Shown piece after piece: positions 1 through 10,396 of a DNA stretch of 64,000 bases (position 1 is the first letter of the stretch; each line of letters opens with the position of its first letter). A model generated the notes under the pieces. It was not told the DNA's origin, did no database searches, and saw only the letters and a list, made by a program, of their open reading frames with translations. The stretch is from the NCBI GenBank assembly GCA_965200245.1, contig CBDATS010000005.1, forward strand, positions 64,001 through 128,000. The letters are read 5' to 3'. The position numbers and the translations under genes were made by a program. This DNA is from a bacterium. GTDB lineage: Bacteria > UBA8248.

Positions 1-1545
1 GGGGCAGCCCACATGGCGGATGGATACGCACGTGTAAGCGGAAAAGTCGCCATCGTCGTCACGACCTCCGGCCCCGGGGCCACGAACCTCATCACCGGAC
101 TCGCCAATGCGCAGATGGATTCCGTACCGCTCATCGCAGTCACGGGACAGGTGGCGACCAACATGATCGGAACCGACGCTTTTCAGGAAGCCGACGTGTA
201 CGGCTGCTCCATTCCGGTCACGAAATTCAACTGGCTCATCAAGGACGTCAACGAAATACAACACGTCACGCGCGAAGCGATTAGAGTGGCGACGGCGGGT
301 CGACCCGGCCCCGTCCTTCTTGATTTTCCCAAAGACATCCAGATCACCAAGGCAGATTATGTGCCGCGTGAATCCGTTGAATCCCCTCTTCCCGCTACCC
401 GGCATTATCCTGATCTCGATATGGCGGGAATCCACAAACTGCTTGAAGCCATCGAGCGGGCCGAGCGACCTGTCATCATCGGCGGCGCCGGCATCATCAA
501 GGCCGGCGCTTCGGAGGAGCTCACGAAATTTGCGAAATCAGCAAACATCCCTGTGATCAACACCTTGCTGGGACTCGGGGGGTTCCCGGGTACGGACGAA
601 CTTTTCCTCGGTATGCCGGGAATGCACGGCACGGCCTATGCGAACTTTGCCCTGTGTGAATGCGATTTGCTTATCAATCTCGGGGCTCGCTTCGACGATC
701 GGGTGACGGGCAAGGTGTCGAGCTTTTGCCCGAAAGCGACGATCGCACACGTTGACATCGACGACGCAGAGATTGACAAGCGTGTACACGCGCATATTCC
801 GATTCTCGGGAACGTGCGGGACGTGCTGATAGCGCTTAATGAACATATAACGCCCGGGGATTACGATGAGTGGCGTCAGACCTGGACGGATTGGAAGGAA
901 AACTACTCCTTGCAATACGACTGGGACGGATCCATCAAGCCCCAATACGTGATCGATCAGATTCAGGAGATTACCGAAGGCAACAGCATCTATGTGACCG
1001 GTGTCGGGCAGCACCAAATGTGGGCGGCGCAGTTCATCCGCTTCAACGAGCCCAAGACATGGGTGACTTCCGGCGGTCTGGGCACGATGGGATTCGGCCT
1101 TCCCGCCGCAATCGGCGCGAAATTCGCCCGCCCGGAGAAAGACGTCTGGCTCATTGACGGCGACGGAAGCTTTGCCATGACGCTCGTCGAACTCGCCACG
1201 GCGGCCACCTATAACGTCCCCGTAAAGGTCGCCATTCTGAACAATGCCTACCTGGGCATGGTGCGCCAGTGGCAAGAACTGTTTTTCGAGAAACGCTACT
1301 CGCACTCACATTATCCGGAAAACCCCGATTTCGGCATGGTTGCAGAGAGCTATCGCGTGAAGGGGATCAACATCACAGACGTGAACGAAGTGCGGAATTC
1401 TCTCGAGACAGCGGCCGAACACAATGGACCTGTCGTGTTGAATTTCCTGGTCAACAAGGAAGAAAACGTCTGGCCCATGGTTCCCGCCGGCGCCGGGAAC
1501 GATGAGATGCAACTCGCGCCTCCTTCCAGGGAAGCCAACTCATGA
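1..1545 (+). CDS. ilvB: Acetolactate synthase large (catalytic) subunit, 5'-truncated by window edge
   Basis: Frame open from base 1 (GAAHMADGYAR); TSGPGATN, RFDDRVTG, GQHQMW, SGGLGTMG and TPP-binding GDGS...NN motifs. Confidence 0.95.
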   Translation, partial: GAAHMADGYARVSGKVAIVVTTSGPGATNLITGLANAQMDSVPLIAVTGQVATNMIGTDAFQEADVYGCSIPVTKFNWLIKDVNEIQHVTREAIRVATAGRPGPVLLDFPKDIQITKADYVPRESVESPLPATRHYPDLDMAGIHKLLEAIERAERPVIIGGAGIIKAGASEELTKFAKSANIPVINTLLGLGGFPGTDELFLGMPGMHGTAYANFALCECDLLINLGARFDDRVTGKVSSFCPKATIAHVDIDDAEIDKRVHAHIPILGNVRDVLIALNEHITPGDYDEWRQTWTDWKENYSLQYDWDGSIKPQYVIDQIQEITEGNSIYVTGVGQHQMWAAQFIRFNEPKTWVTSGGLGTMGFGLPAAIGAKFARPEKDVWLIDGDGSFAMTLVELATAATYNVPVKVAILNNAYLGMVRQWQELFFEKRYSHSHYPENPDFGMVAESYRVKGINITDVNEVRNSLETAAEHNGPVVLNFLVNKEENVWPMVPAGAGNDEMQLAPPSREANS

Positions 1546-2045
1546 GACAAGTCTACTCCATTCTCGTCAACAACCACGCGGGCGTGCTTTCCCATGTTGC
1601 AGGTCTCTTCACCCGCCGTGGATACAACATCGAAAGTATCGCCGCCGGACCGACAGAGGACACCAGCATAACGCGCATCGTCATTGTCGCCATTGGCGAG
1701 GAAAACGAACTCGACCAGATCGCCAAACAACTCCGCAAGCTCTACGATGTGCGGGAAGTCGAACAAATCTCCTATAACCAGGCTGTCACGCGCGAACTCG
1801 TTCTTGCGACAATCAAAGCGCCCATTAACCGAAGAAGTGAAGTCATCCAGCTTGCCAACGCATTTGGCGCTCAGGTAATCAACATGACCGACGATACGGT
1901 GACACTCGAGGCGAGCGGCAACGATCATAAGGTGAGAACCCTTCTCAAGGCATTCGAGAGCTACGGAATATCGCAAATGGCGCGCACGGGAATGATTTCG
2001 CTACCCTACGACGGCATGCCCGAGGATTGGGAGCCCATTACATAA
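1542..2045 (+). CDS. ilvN: Acetolactate synthase small regulatory subunit, copy 1
   Basis: ACT motif LVNNHAGVLSHVAGLFTRRGYNIESI, C-terminal RELVL...ARTG; ATGA overlap with ilvB. Confidence 0.93.
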   Translation: MRQVYSILVNNHAGVLSHVAGLFTRRGYNIESIAAGPTEDTSITRIVIVAIGEENELDQIAKQLRKLYDVREVEQISYNQAVTRELVLATIKAPINRRSEVIQLANAFGAQVINMTDDTVTLEASGNDHKVRTLLKAFESYGISQMARTGMISLPYDGMPEDWEPIT

Positions 2046-2578
2046 TGTCCCAAAATTCCAACAGCGATTCCAGGGAAGATACACATACGATTGCGGTTTT
2101 GGTGGAGAACAAATTCGGCGTTCTCGCCAAGGTGGCAAGTTTGTTCAGCGCCCGCGGTTACAATATTGACAGCCTGTGCGTCGGAGTAACGCAGGACCCC
2201 AGCGTATCCCGAATCACTCTCGTCACGCGCGGAGACGCAAAAGTTCTCGAGCAAATCAGAAAACACCTCAGCAAACTCATCGACACCTTCAAGGTGATGG
2301 ACATGGGCGAGGCAGACAGCGTCGAGCGAGAGATGATTCTCATCAAGGTTTCCGGATCGAAAGCCGCGCGGACGGAGGTATTCCAAATCATCGATGTGTT
2401 CCGGGGCCGCGTCGTAGACGTCTCCACGGATACCATTACCGTTGAAGTGACGGGAGATGAAGGGAAGATTCACGCCATTCTGAATTTACTCCAACCATTC
2501 GGCATCAAGGAGATCGCCCGCACCGGCAAAGTCGCCCTCACTCGTGGGGCCAAGACCCTGAAGGGCTCCAAAAATTAA
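2045..2578 (+). CDS. ilvN: Acetolactate synthase small regulatory subunit, copy 2
   Basis: LVENKFGVLAKVASLFSARGYNIDSL...EREMILIKV...EIARTGKVAL; start set at ATG 2045 (TAATG overlap with copy 1). Confidence 0.93.
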   Translation: MSQNSNSDSREDTHTIAVLVENKFGVLAKVASLFSARGYNIDSLCVGVTQDPSVSRITLVTRGDAKVLEQIRKHLSKLIDTFKVMDMGEADSVEREMILIKVSGSKAARTEVFQIIDVFRGRVVDVSTDTITVEVTGDEGKIHAILNLLQPFGIKEIARTGKVALTRGAKTLKGSKN

Positions 2579-2581
2579 CCC

Positions 2582-3238
2582 ATGAGTCTGAGAGAACATC
2601 CCGGCAGACCACTCGTTGCGAAAGAGGGTTGGGGCTATATCTCAGGTTTATCCGCCATGGGCCTCATCTCGATCGCCTTCGGAGGATGGTTGTGGGCTGT
2701 TCTTTTTTTTCTTCTGGCCGCCGCTGTAGCCGGTTTTTTCCGGGACCCGCATCGTACCCCGCCCGAAGAATCGGGCGTTGTCCTGTCCCCGGCGGATGGC
2801 CGGGTCGTAGAGATCGCCCGCACAGCGGATGGCGGAGGTGTGATACGTATTTTCCTTTCTCCCCTGGACGTTCACATCAACCGATCACCCGTTGAAGGCA
2901 GGATATCGAACATCCACTATCAAAAAGGTCGTTTCCTGGCCGCCTACAAGGAAGCCGCCTCGAATTTCAATGAGCAAAACGCCCTGGAAATCGAGACGAA
3001 CACAGGCGATAATTTCAAAGTCGTTCAAATCGCCGGTGTTCTGGCCCGGCGGATTGTCTGTTGGTCCAAGGCAGGCGATACCATATGTGCTGGAGAACGC
3101 GTCGGACTGATTCAGTTCGGCTCGCGAACAGATTTATATCTTCCAAAAGGTTATAATCTATCCGTAGAGCAGGGACAGCGTGTTCGCGGAGGAGAGACCA
3201 TCGTTGGACGAGCAAACCACGAGACAAACGCGGAATAA
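2582..3238 (+). CDS. psd: Phosphatidylserine decarboxylase proenzyme (short type)
   Basis: FFRDP, SPADG, DVHINRSP, QIAG..ARRI, FGSR autocleavage motif; adjacent to pssA. Confidence 0.92.
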   Translation: MSLREHPGRPLVAKEGWGYISGLSAMGLISIAFGGWLWAVLFFLLAAAVAGFFRDPHRTPPEESGVVLSPADGRVVEIARTADGGGVIRIFLSPLDVHINRSPVEGRISNIHYQKGRFLAAYKEAASNFNEQNALEIETNTGDNFKVVQIAGVLARRIVCWSKAGDTICAGERVGLIQFGSRTDLYLPKGYNLSVEQGQRVRGGETIVGRANHETNAE

Positions 3239-4040
3239 ATTCGGGCGTCGATCAAGAAGAAGGCGTCGCCGCTCTGGAAAACGATCTTTCCAGCGAGGGA
3301 TATTCCTGGTTCCCAATCTGCTGACCACGGGCAGTCTGTTCGCCGGCTTCTACGCGATCATCGCTTCCATACAGGGAAACTTTATCTGGGCTTCGCTGGC
3401 CATACTGTTGGCCATCGTTTTGGATGGTCTCGATGGCACCGTCGCCCGGTTGACGAAAAGCACAAGTCCGTTTGGCCTTCAATACGACTCTCTGTGTGAT
3501 TTGGTGGCTTTCGGCATCGCACCGGCCATCCTCATATACACATGGCTCCTTGCTCCTTACGGGAGAATCGGCTGGCTGGCCACGTTCATATTCGCAGCAT
3601 GCGGCGCCTTGAGACTGGCGCGCTTCAACGTGCTGGCGCAAGCGAGCAGCGGTTCCATGGATTTCCGCGGCCTGCCAATTCCCGGAGCCGCGGGAGTTCT
3701 GGCATCCATCGTATATCTGGCAGAAGATTTTTCGATCAAGCCCCATGTTCCCCTCATCCTCATCGTAGCACTCAGCTATGCACTGGCGTTTCTGATGGTG
3801 AGCACCATTCGCTACAAGAGTTTCAAGGATATCAGCGGACCTCTCAGAAGACCCTTCCGTGTTCTCGTCGGCGCGGTGCTGGCTCTGTTCGTAGCGGCGG
3901 CGATTCCTCAGGTAGTCGCCTCCCTGGTATTCGTCGGCTACGCTGCATCCGGACCCTATGGAATGATAACGAAATGGCGGAGAACCAAACGGGAGAGCAC
4001 TGCCAGGAACCTTGAACAAACACACCCGGAATCTTCGTAA
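3180..4040 (+). CDS. pssA: CDP-diacylglycerol--serine O-phosphatidyltransferase
   Basis: PNLLT, DGLDG..AR....S.FG...DSLCDLVAFG, ALRLARFN, F.GLPIP motifs; true start may be TTG 3204. Confidence 0.92.
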   Translation: MFAEERPSLDEQTTRQTRNKFGRRSRRRRRRSGKRSFQRGIFLVPNLLTTGSLFAGFYAIIASIQGNFIWASLAILLAIVLDGLDGTVARLTKSTSPFGLQYDSLCDLVAFGIAPAILIYTWLLAPYGRIGWLATFIFAACGALRLARFNVLAQASSGSMDFRGLPIPGAAGVLASIVYLAEDFSIKPHVPLILIVALSYALAFLMVSTIRYKSFKDISGPLRRPFRVLVGAVLALFVAAAIPQVVASLVFVGYAASGPYGMITKWRRTKRESTARNLEQTHPESS

Positions 4041-4201
4041 TCCATTCAGGAGCGCATCTCATGCCCCGGCAAACGCCCAGATGATACACCGTATCTTGTC
4101 ACCCTGCGTATTCCCGCCAGATTGCGCTCTCGTCGATAAGTATTCATAATCTATTCAATACAGTACCGTCTGAAACCAGAGATTGTTCTTGACGAATCGC
4201 C

Positions 4202-6526
4202 ATGACGAGAGTTTCCGTGTCAAATAGTTCAAAACTCGCATTCTTGAAAGCACATGGGCTTTTTCTGTCGTTCGTTATTTTCACTCTCGTATTATTCTGG
4301 GCACCGACTTCCCCGAAAGCTCAGCCGAAAAGTGGCTCGCAAGCCCAGACTATACCCAGTCCGCCTACAAGAAGTGACGAGGGCCTCCGGTTCTTGAGAG
4401 AACCGGAAGCATCCATCGCTATCACAGCGGATGAAATACGGGAAGATCGGGAACGTCAACGCATTATTGGCCGCGGAGCTGCGGACATCCAGTATCTGGG
4501 CAAGAGAATTCGAGCGGATTACATTGAGGTACAAACTTCCACACGCGATGGAGTGGCCACCGGAAACATTGTATTTCAAACCAAGAACGACCGTATCGTC
4601 GCCAACCGTATCGAATTCAATCTCGATACGGAGCAGATGGTCGTATTCAACGCACAGGGCTATATCGACACCACATATTACGTGACGGGGCGAGTCGTGC
4701 GGCGCTTGTCGGAAGATCGGTATGAAGTCCAGGGAGGTACTTTCACCACGTGCGAAGGAGATATTCCGGACTGGGCTTTCGGTTTCGAGCGTGCGACTTT
4801 CCAGATTGAAGGCTATGCCCAACTCGAAGCGCCCACCATGTCCGTGAAGGGGGTGCCAGCGGCTTTTTTTCCCTGGGTCGTGGTGCCAATAAAAACAAAA
4901 AGAGCCACCGGCTTCCTGCTTCCGGGAATCGGTTCAAGCAGTCGTAGCGGGTTCCAGTTTTCTCCCTCGTTCTTCTGGGCCATCAACGACTCTTCGGACG
5001 CCACCTTCGGGGTCGACTATTTCACCAAACGCGGGGTTCGCTACAAGGGACAGTACCGCTACGCACCGGATCGAAACACGACAGGAGAAATAACGGGGCG
5101 CTACCTGAAAGACGAACTCGAACGAGCGAATTTCTGGGACGTCAAAGGCTTTCATCGTACGAATTTCAAAGGTATCGGTGGCAACCTCAACGTAGCAATC
5201 GACCTGCAAAAACGCCCGACGAACGACCGTTCGCTTGAAGACAACTTACAGTCGCGCACTCGCCAGAATACGGACACCCATGTCACCTTCACGCAAAATC
5301 TTCCCAAAATTGCCGGACAACTCCAACTGGGAATGAGACGACGCGAAGGTTTGGGTGATAGCGATGGCCAATTGTTTCAAAGAGCACCGGAAATAACCCT
5401 GGACATTCATCACAAACATCTGAAGGAAAGCAATCTATACTTTAACCTGGATTCCTCCTTCACCAATTTCAGAAAAATGGAGAACGAAAACACGCTTCGG
5501 CTGAGCCGCTTTCACATCGAACCTTCTTTATCGCTTCGCCTGGAGACTCTTCCCTGGCTAGGTCTGACACCTGAAATCGGGTTACGAAGAACGTATTGGA
5601 CACATCAGAAATTGGATCCGGGTTTAAATTCGATCTTCGCTCAGGTGCAACACGTGGAATCCGACCTGTCGCGAGAAATGTGGTTTGCGAAACTCCATGC
5701 GCTCGGTCCGCGATACAGCAAAGTCTACAGAGGCGGGTCCGGCCCCTTCCGGGATTTCAAGCACATTCTCTCGTTCGAGACGAACTATCAATACATCCCA
5801 AACAATGATGTGTACGACAGAAGCCTGATCATCCCCCTAGATCCGATCGATGAACTCCAGAACGAACACGCCATCGAATATGCCATTGTGAACCGTGTAC
5901 TGACGAAACTGCCCACAAGTGAGGGACTCCAGACAAAGCAGTTGTTTCGATACAGAATCAGCCAGACGTATGATTTCGTCGAAGCGCGAAGAAAAGAGGG
6001 ACTCTACACAAGGCCAAAACGTCCTTTCGGCGACATCGCCTTCAGACTCGAAACGCAGCCCTACTCCAGGTTTCGCCTTCTGCAGCAATTCCAGTATGAC
6101 CCTTATGACTCGGAAATCAGCGAACACTCAACGGGCGTCTTGCTCGACGAAAAAAACTGGTTTTTCAGTGTCGACAGGACCTGGACGCGCCAAAGAAACT
6201 ACTACCCGGAAAGCGTGGAAGGCAGTCATCTGAATTTCGCCGGAGGGTTGTCCCTGAACAAGAATCTTTCCCTCGAATACGCCTCGCGTTTGAACAAAAC
6301 CGAAAAAACCACACTGGAGCAAAGCATAACGGCGCGCTACTTTGATTGCTGCTGGGGATTGGAACTCACATTTACAGATACCAAGGAAGAAAGTGAAGTA
6401 TTCCTGGGCTTCAGCCTCATTGGTCTGCTCGAGGGCGAGAGAACATTCGGTTTCATGAACAGGCGAAATGCTTTACGAGAAGATGGACTCGGGAACGGCT
6501 CATGGGCGACCTCGCCTTTCGAGTAA
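4202..6526 (+). CDS. lptD: LPS-assembly outer-membrane protein LptD
   Basis: N-terminal OstA-like region with FTTC, KRATGFLLP motif, beta-barrel-like C-terminus with CCW. Confidence 0.8.
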   Translation: MTRVSVSNSSKLAFLKAHGLFLSFVIFTLVLFWAPTSPKAQPKSGSQAQTIPSPPTRSDEGLRFLREPEASIAITADEIREDRERQRIIGRGAADIQYLGKRIRADYIEVQTSTRDGVATGNIVFQTKNDRIVANRIEFNLDTEQMVVFNAQGYIDTTYYVTGRVVRRLSEDRYEVQGGTFTTCEGDIPDWAFGFERATFQIEGYAQLEAPTMSVKGVPAAFFPWVVVPIKTKRATGFLLPGIGSSSRSGFQFSPSFFWAINDSSDATFGVDYFTKRGVRYKGQYRYAPDRNTTGEITGRYLKDELERANFWDVKGFHRTNFKGIGGNLNVAIDLQKRPTNDRSLEDNLQSRTRQNTDTHVTFTQNLPKIAGQLQLGMRRREGLGDSDGQLFQRAPEITLDIHHKHLKESNLYFNLDSSFTNFRKMENENTLRLSRFHIEPSLSLRLETLPWLGLTPEIGLRRTYWTHQKLDPGLNSIFAQVQHVESDLSREMWFAKLHALGPRYSKVYRGGSGPFRDFKHILSFETNYQYIPNNDVYDRSLIIPLDPIDELQNEHAIEYAIVNRVLTKLPTSEGLQTKQLFRYRISQTYDFVEARRKEGLYTRPKRPFGDIAFRLETQPYSRFRLLQQFQYDPYDSEISEHSTGVLLDEKNWFFSVDRTWTRQRNYYPESVEGSHLNFAGGLSLNKNLSLEYASRLNKTEKTTLEQSITARYFDCCWGLELTFTDTKEESEVFLGFSLIGLLEGERTFGFMNRRNALREDGLGNGSWATSPFE

Positions 6527-6594
6527 AAATTGTGTGGCCTCTTCCAACATTATTACGCGCAAACTCCTGCTTGCATGAAGGGTGAGGCAACCCG

Positions 6595-7920
6595 GTGAAT
6601 ATTTGCGTTATCGGCTGTGGATATGTGGGATTGATGACAGGGGCCATATTCGCAGATCTGGGCAACGACGTCATTGGCGTAGACATCGACCAGGACCGCG
6701 TGGATACCCTGAACGCGGGCAGGTGCCCCATTCATGAACCCAGATTGCCCGAGTTGCTGGAACGCAACCTCAGAGAACGCAGGCTCACCTTCACCGCTTC
6801 CATCCCGGAAGCAGTTTCAATGAGCGAGATCATTTTCATCTGTGTGGGGACCCCCCCCGCCCAGGATAGCGGAACGGACCTCTCGCAAGTGGAAGCAGCG
6901 GCGTCGGACATCGCCCGCGCGGTGAATAGCTACAAGATTATCGTCAACAAAAGCACCGTGCCCGTAGGTACGGGGGATTTCGTCAGAGAGGTAATCGAGA
7001 AAAATGGAGTTGCTCCGGAAGATTTCGACGTAGTCTGCAATCCGGAATTCCTGCGCGAAGGTCAAGCAGTGCGGGACACTCTACAACCGGATCGCATCGT
7101 CATCGGTTCATCATCGGAGCAAGCAGCGGAAAAGGTACGGCTTCTATATCAGGCCCTCCATGCCCCTTGCATCATCACGGACACGCACAGCGCCGAGTTG
7201 ATCAAATACGCCTCGAATGCGTTTTTGGCGATGAAAATCACATTCATAAATGCGGTCGCTAACCTTTGCGAGCAAACCCAAGCGGATATCCGAGAAGTCG
7301 CCAATGGGATTGGCGCTGATTCGCGGATTGGCCCCGCCTTTCTCGGGGCAGGCTTGGGCTACGGCGGGTCTTGCTTCCCGAAGGACGTGGATGCCCTGTT
7401 GCACGCTTCCAGGAGACTCGGCGCTGAAATGCCTGTTCTGGAAGCCGTACGATCGGAAAACGACAGTCGCGTACCCCGGTTCATCCGAAGAATCATCAAG
7501 AGGCTGGATACAAAAAACCGGTTACCCCTTGAAGGAATAGTCATCGGTGTCTTGGGACTATCCTTCAAGCCGGATACAGACGACATGCGAGAAGCCAAAA
7601 GTATCGAAATCTGTCACGAGCTTCGTGTGGCGGGAGCCAGGCTGCGCGCATATGATCCCATCGCAACCGAAAACGCCAGGCGAATTATTGGCGACAAGGG
7701 AATCGAATACTGCCAAAGCCCCTACGAGGCGGCGAAAGGCGCAAATGCACTTGTTATCGTCACCGAATGGCGTGAATTCATTCAGTTGAACCTGAATCGC
7801 TTGAAATCGGAAATGGTGGAGCCGATCATCTTCGACGGTCGAAACATCTATTCTTCCGCACAAGTGACGGATGCCGGCTTTGAATACTTCTGCATCGGCA
7901 AAACCGCAGCCAAACCCTGA
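6595..7920 (+). CDS. ugd: UDP-glucose 6-dehydrogenase
   Basis: GCGYVG Rossmann motif, [37 protein letters not shown]. Confidence 0.92.
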   Translation: MNICVIGCGYVGLMTGAIFADLGNDVIGVDIDQDRVDTLNAGRCPIHEPRLPELLERNLRERRLTFTASIPEAVSMSEIIFICVGTPPAQDSGTDLSQVEAAASDIARAVNSYKIIVNKSTVPVGTGDFVREVIEKNGVAPEDFDVVCNPEFLREGQAVRDTLQPDRIVIGSSSEQAAEKVRLLYQALHAPCIITDTHSAELIKYASNAFLAMKITFINAVANLCEQTQADIREVANGIGADSRIGPAFLGAGLGYGGSCFPKDVDALLHASRRLGAEMPVLEAVRSENDSRVPRFIRRIIKRLDTKNRLPLEGIVIGVLGLSFKPDTDDMREAKSIEICHELRVAGARLRAYDPIATENARRIIGDKGIEYCQSPYEAAKGANALVIVTEWREFIQLNLNRLKSEMVEPIIFDGRNIYSSAQVTDAGFEYFCIGKTAAKP

Positions 7921-7922
7921 CA

Positions 7923-8879
7923 ATGGAAAACTCTCGCGTTGTTGTGACGGGCGGAGCGGGCTTCATTGGCTCTCACTTGTGCGACAGGCTACTCGCCCTC
8001 AGCGCTGACGTCGTGTGCGTCGATAATTTCCTCACCGGAAATTATTCCAACATTGACCACCTGCTCGGAAACGGACATCCGAACTTTTCACTCATCGAAC
8101 ACAACGTGAGTGCACATATTCACGTCGAGGGAAAAGTGGACGCCGTTTTCCATCTTGCGAGTCCGGCCAGCCCGAACGATTATCTGAAATATCCCATCCA
8201 GACACTAAAGGTCGGCTCCCTTGGCACGCACAACGCCCTTGGGCTTGCGAAGGAGAAAAACGCGCGTTTTCTTCTGGCTTCCACCTCGGAGGTATATGGA
8301 GATCCCCAGATTCACCCACAGCATGAGGAATACTGGGGCCACGTCAACCCCATCGGACCACGCGGGGTATATGACGAAGCCAAGAGATTCTCAGAAGCCA
8401 TTACAATGGCCTATCACCGAAGTCACGGTCTTAATGCGCACATCGCCCGCATCTTCAATACGTATGGCCCCAGAATGCGAATAGCGGACGGACGCGCGAT
8501 ACCTGCCTTTATCTCGCAAGCCATTCGAAACGAACCCATCACTGTTTTTGGCGACGGAAAACAGACCAGAAGTTTTTGTTTCATTACAGATCTCGTCGAT
8601 GGCCTCATCAAACTGATGGACAGCGAAATTCATGAACCGGTCAACCTCGGAAATCCATCGGAGATGACGATTATCGACCTGGCCGCAAAAATCATTCTCC
8701 TCGCAGGTGCAAACCCGGAAATCCAGCATGAACCTCTTCCCATCGACGATCCGAAAATCCGTCAACCTGACATCCGAAAAGCAAAAATGCTTCTCGGCTG
8801 GGAGCCGATCATTTCCCTGGAAGAGGGTCTCCTGGCCACAATAGACGACTTCAGGAAACGATTGAACATCAACCCTTGA
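7923..8879 (+). CDS. UDP-glucuronate decarboxylase (UDP-xylose synthase)-family SDR
   Basis: [52 protein letters not shown]; follows ugd. Confidence 0.85.
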   Translation: MENSRVVVTGGAGFIGSHLCDRLLALSADVVCVDNFLTGNYSNIDHLLGNGHPNFSLIEHNVSAHIHVEGKVDAVFHLASPASPNDYLKYPIQTLKVGSLGTHNALGLAKEKNARFLLASTSEVYGDPQIHPQHEEYWGHVNPIGPRGVYDEAKRFSEAITMAYHRSHGLNAHIARIFNTYGPRMRIADGRAIPAFISQAIRNEPITVFGDGKQTRSFCFITDLVDGLIKLMDSEIHEPVNLGNPSEMTIIDLAAKIILLAGANPEIQHEPLPIDDPKIRQPDIRKAKMLLGWEPIISLEEGLLATIDDFRKRLNINP

Positions 8880-8917
8880 AATTTAGCCCCTTGATCGGCT
8901 AGATTGCAGGGCACTGG

Positions 8918-9574
8918 GTGGATTCCCTACTGTATCCTTCCTACCGCCCCACTGCCCAGAGGCATCAATTGGAATCATCGGCAAAGGAATTCCTGGCCGA
9001 GCGAGCCGTGAAGTTTGATTCGCTTGCGGCTAGCGACTACTCCCGGCAGGTAGACGACATCTGCAAAGTCATCGTTGAATGCCTGACGTCTGAAAGGAAA
9101 ATCATCGCCTTCGGCAACGGGGGAAGCGCTGCACTCGCCATGCACTTCACGGGTGAACTCGTAGGCCGTTTTCTGGTCGACCGTGTTCCCCTGCCCGCCA
9201 TTTGTCTCAACGGAGATACGAGCGCCCTCACTGCCATCGGGAACGATTATGCATACGAAGCGATTTTTGCGCGGCAAATTCAAGCGCACGGTCGAACGGG
9301 AGACGTCGCTCTGGGCCTAAGCACGAGCGGAAAATCAGCCAATGTCGTCCACGCCCTTGACCAAGCCGGTACCCTGGGATTGGTTGGCGTCGCGATGACC
9401 GGCAGGAGTGGTGGCCCTGCCTCAATTGCCGCAAAACACACGGCGAATGTGCCCTCGGATGACACCGACTTCATACAGGAAGCCCATGAAGCCGCGCTTC
9501 ATTTCATTTGCCACCGCATCGATGAGGTATTCTCTGGGGATTCCGAAGCTCGAAGCACCACCTTGAATGTTTGA
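8918..9574 (+). CDS. gmhA: SIS-domain phosphoheptose isomerase (GmhA/DiaA family)
   Basis: GNGGS..A.HF..ELVGRF, TAIGNDY, STSGKS.NV, IQEAH; start uncertain. Confidence 0.75.
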   Translation: MDSLLYPSYRPTAQRHQLESSAKEFLAERAVKFDSLAASDYSRQVDDICKVIVECLTSERKIIAFGNGGSAALAMHFTGELVGRFLVDRVPLPAICLNGDTSALTAIGNDYAYEAIFARQIQAHGRTGDVALGLSTSGKSANVVHALDQAGTLGLVGVAMTGRSGGPASIAAKHTANVPSDDTDFIQEAHEAALHFICHRIDEVFSGDSEARSTTLNV

Positions 9575-9601
9575 GCAGATTCAGCGACGGGAAACATTGA
9601 C

Positions 9602-10396
9602 GTGGAAATCGGGATTTTAGGCAGCGGGAGTCGGGGAAACGCCGCTCTGGTGCGCTCGGAGGACGCGGCGTTTCTTGTCGATGCCGGTCTCAGTGCAAGG
9701 CAGATCACAAAACGTCTTGAAACCTACGGCGTCCATCCGCAGGATCTGATGGCAATCGTCCTGACACATGAACATATCGATCACATCAGAAGCGCAGGCA
9801 GTTTGGCGAGAAGGTGGAATCTGCCACTTTGGACGAATAAAGCCACATACGCTGCCAGCGAGAAGACGATCGGCAAAACACCCGAGTGGATTGAAATCGA
9901 AGTGGGTGTCCCCTTTCATATCGCAGACATAAGAGTCGAGCCTTTCAGCACACCTCATGACGCGGCCGATCCATTTGGAATGACATTCAAGGCCGAGGAC
10001 GGGCACCGTGTTGGCTTCGCTACAGACATGGGATTCGTTACGAATCTCGCTCGCCTGCGCCTGCAGGGGCTTCAGGGACTCGTGCTGGAATTCAACCATG
10101 ATGTGGAAATGCTTGCCAACGGCCCCTACCCCTGGCCGATCAAACAAAGAATCCGCAGCAAACTCGGACACCTCAGCAACGAAGACGCTGCGAAGTTGCT
10201 CCGCAATATCGTAACGGCAGATTTCGAGTGGCTCATCTGCGCGCACATCTCACAAGAGAACAACGAAAACCAGCTTCTTCTGGAGACGGCACGAAAAGCT
10301 TTGAACGGCCACGGACGCAGAAACCTCCTGAGCGCCTCTCAGGATGAGCCTACTCCCCTTGCGGGTACCGGAGGCATAATGGAGGGTATTCCTTGA
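9602..10396 (+). CDS. MBL-fold metallo-hydrolase (YycJ/WalJ-like)
   Basis: LGSGSRGNA, THEHIDH, HDA..P, TDMG, EFNHD, GHLSN, HISQENN. Confidence 0.85.
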   Translation: MEIGILGSGSRGNAALVRSEDAAFLVDAGLSARQITKRLETYGVHPQDLMAIVLTHEHIDHIRSAGSLARRWNLPLWTNKATYAASEKTIGKTPEWIEIEVGVPFHIADIRVEPFSTPHDAADPFGMTFKAEDGHRVGFATDMGFVTNLARLRLQGLQGLVLEFNHDVEMLANGPYPWPIKQRIRSKLGHLSNEDAAKLLRNIVTADFEWLICAHISQENNENQLLLETARKALNGHGRRNLLSASQDEPTPLAGTGGIMEGIP

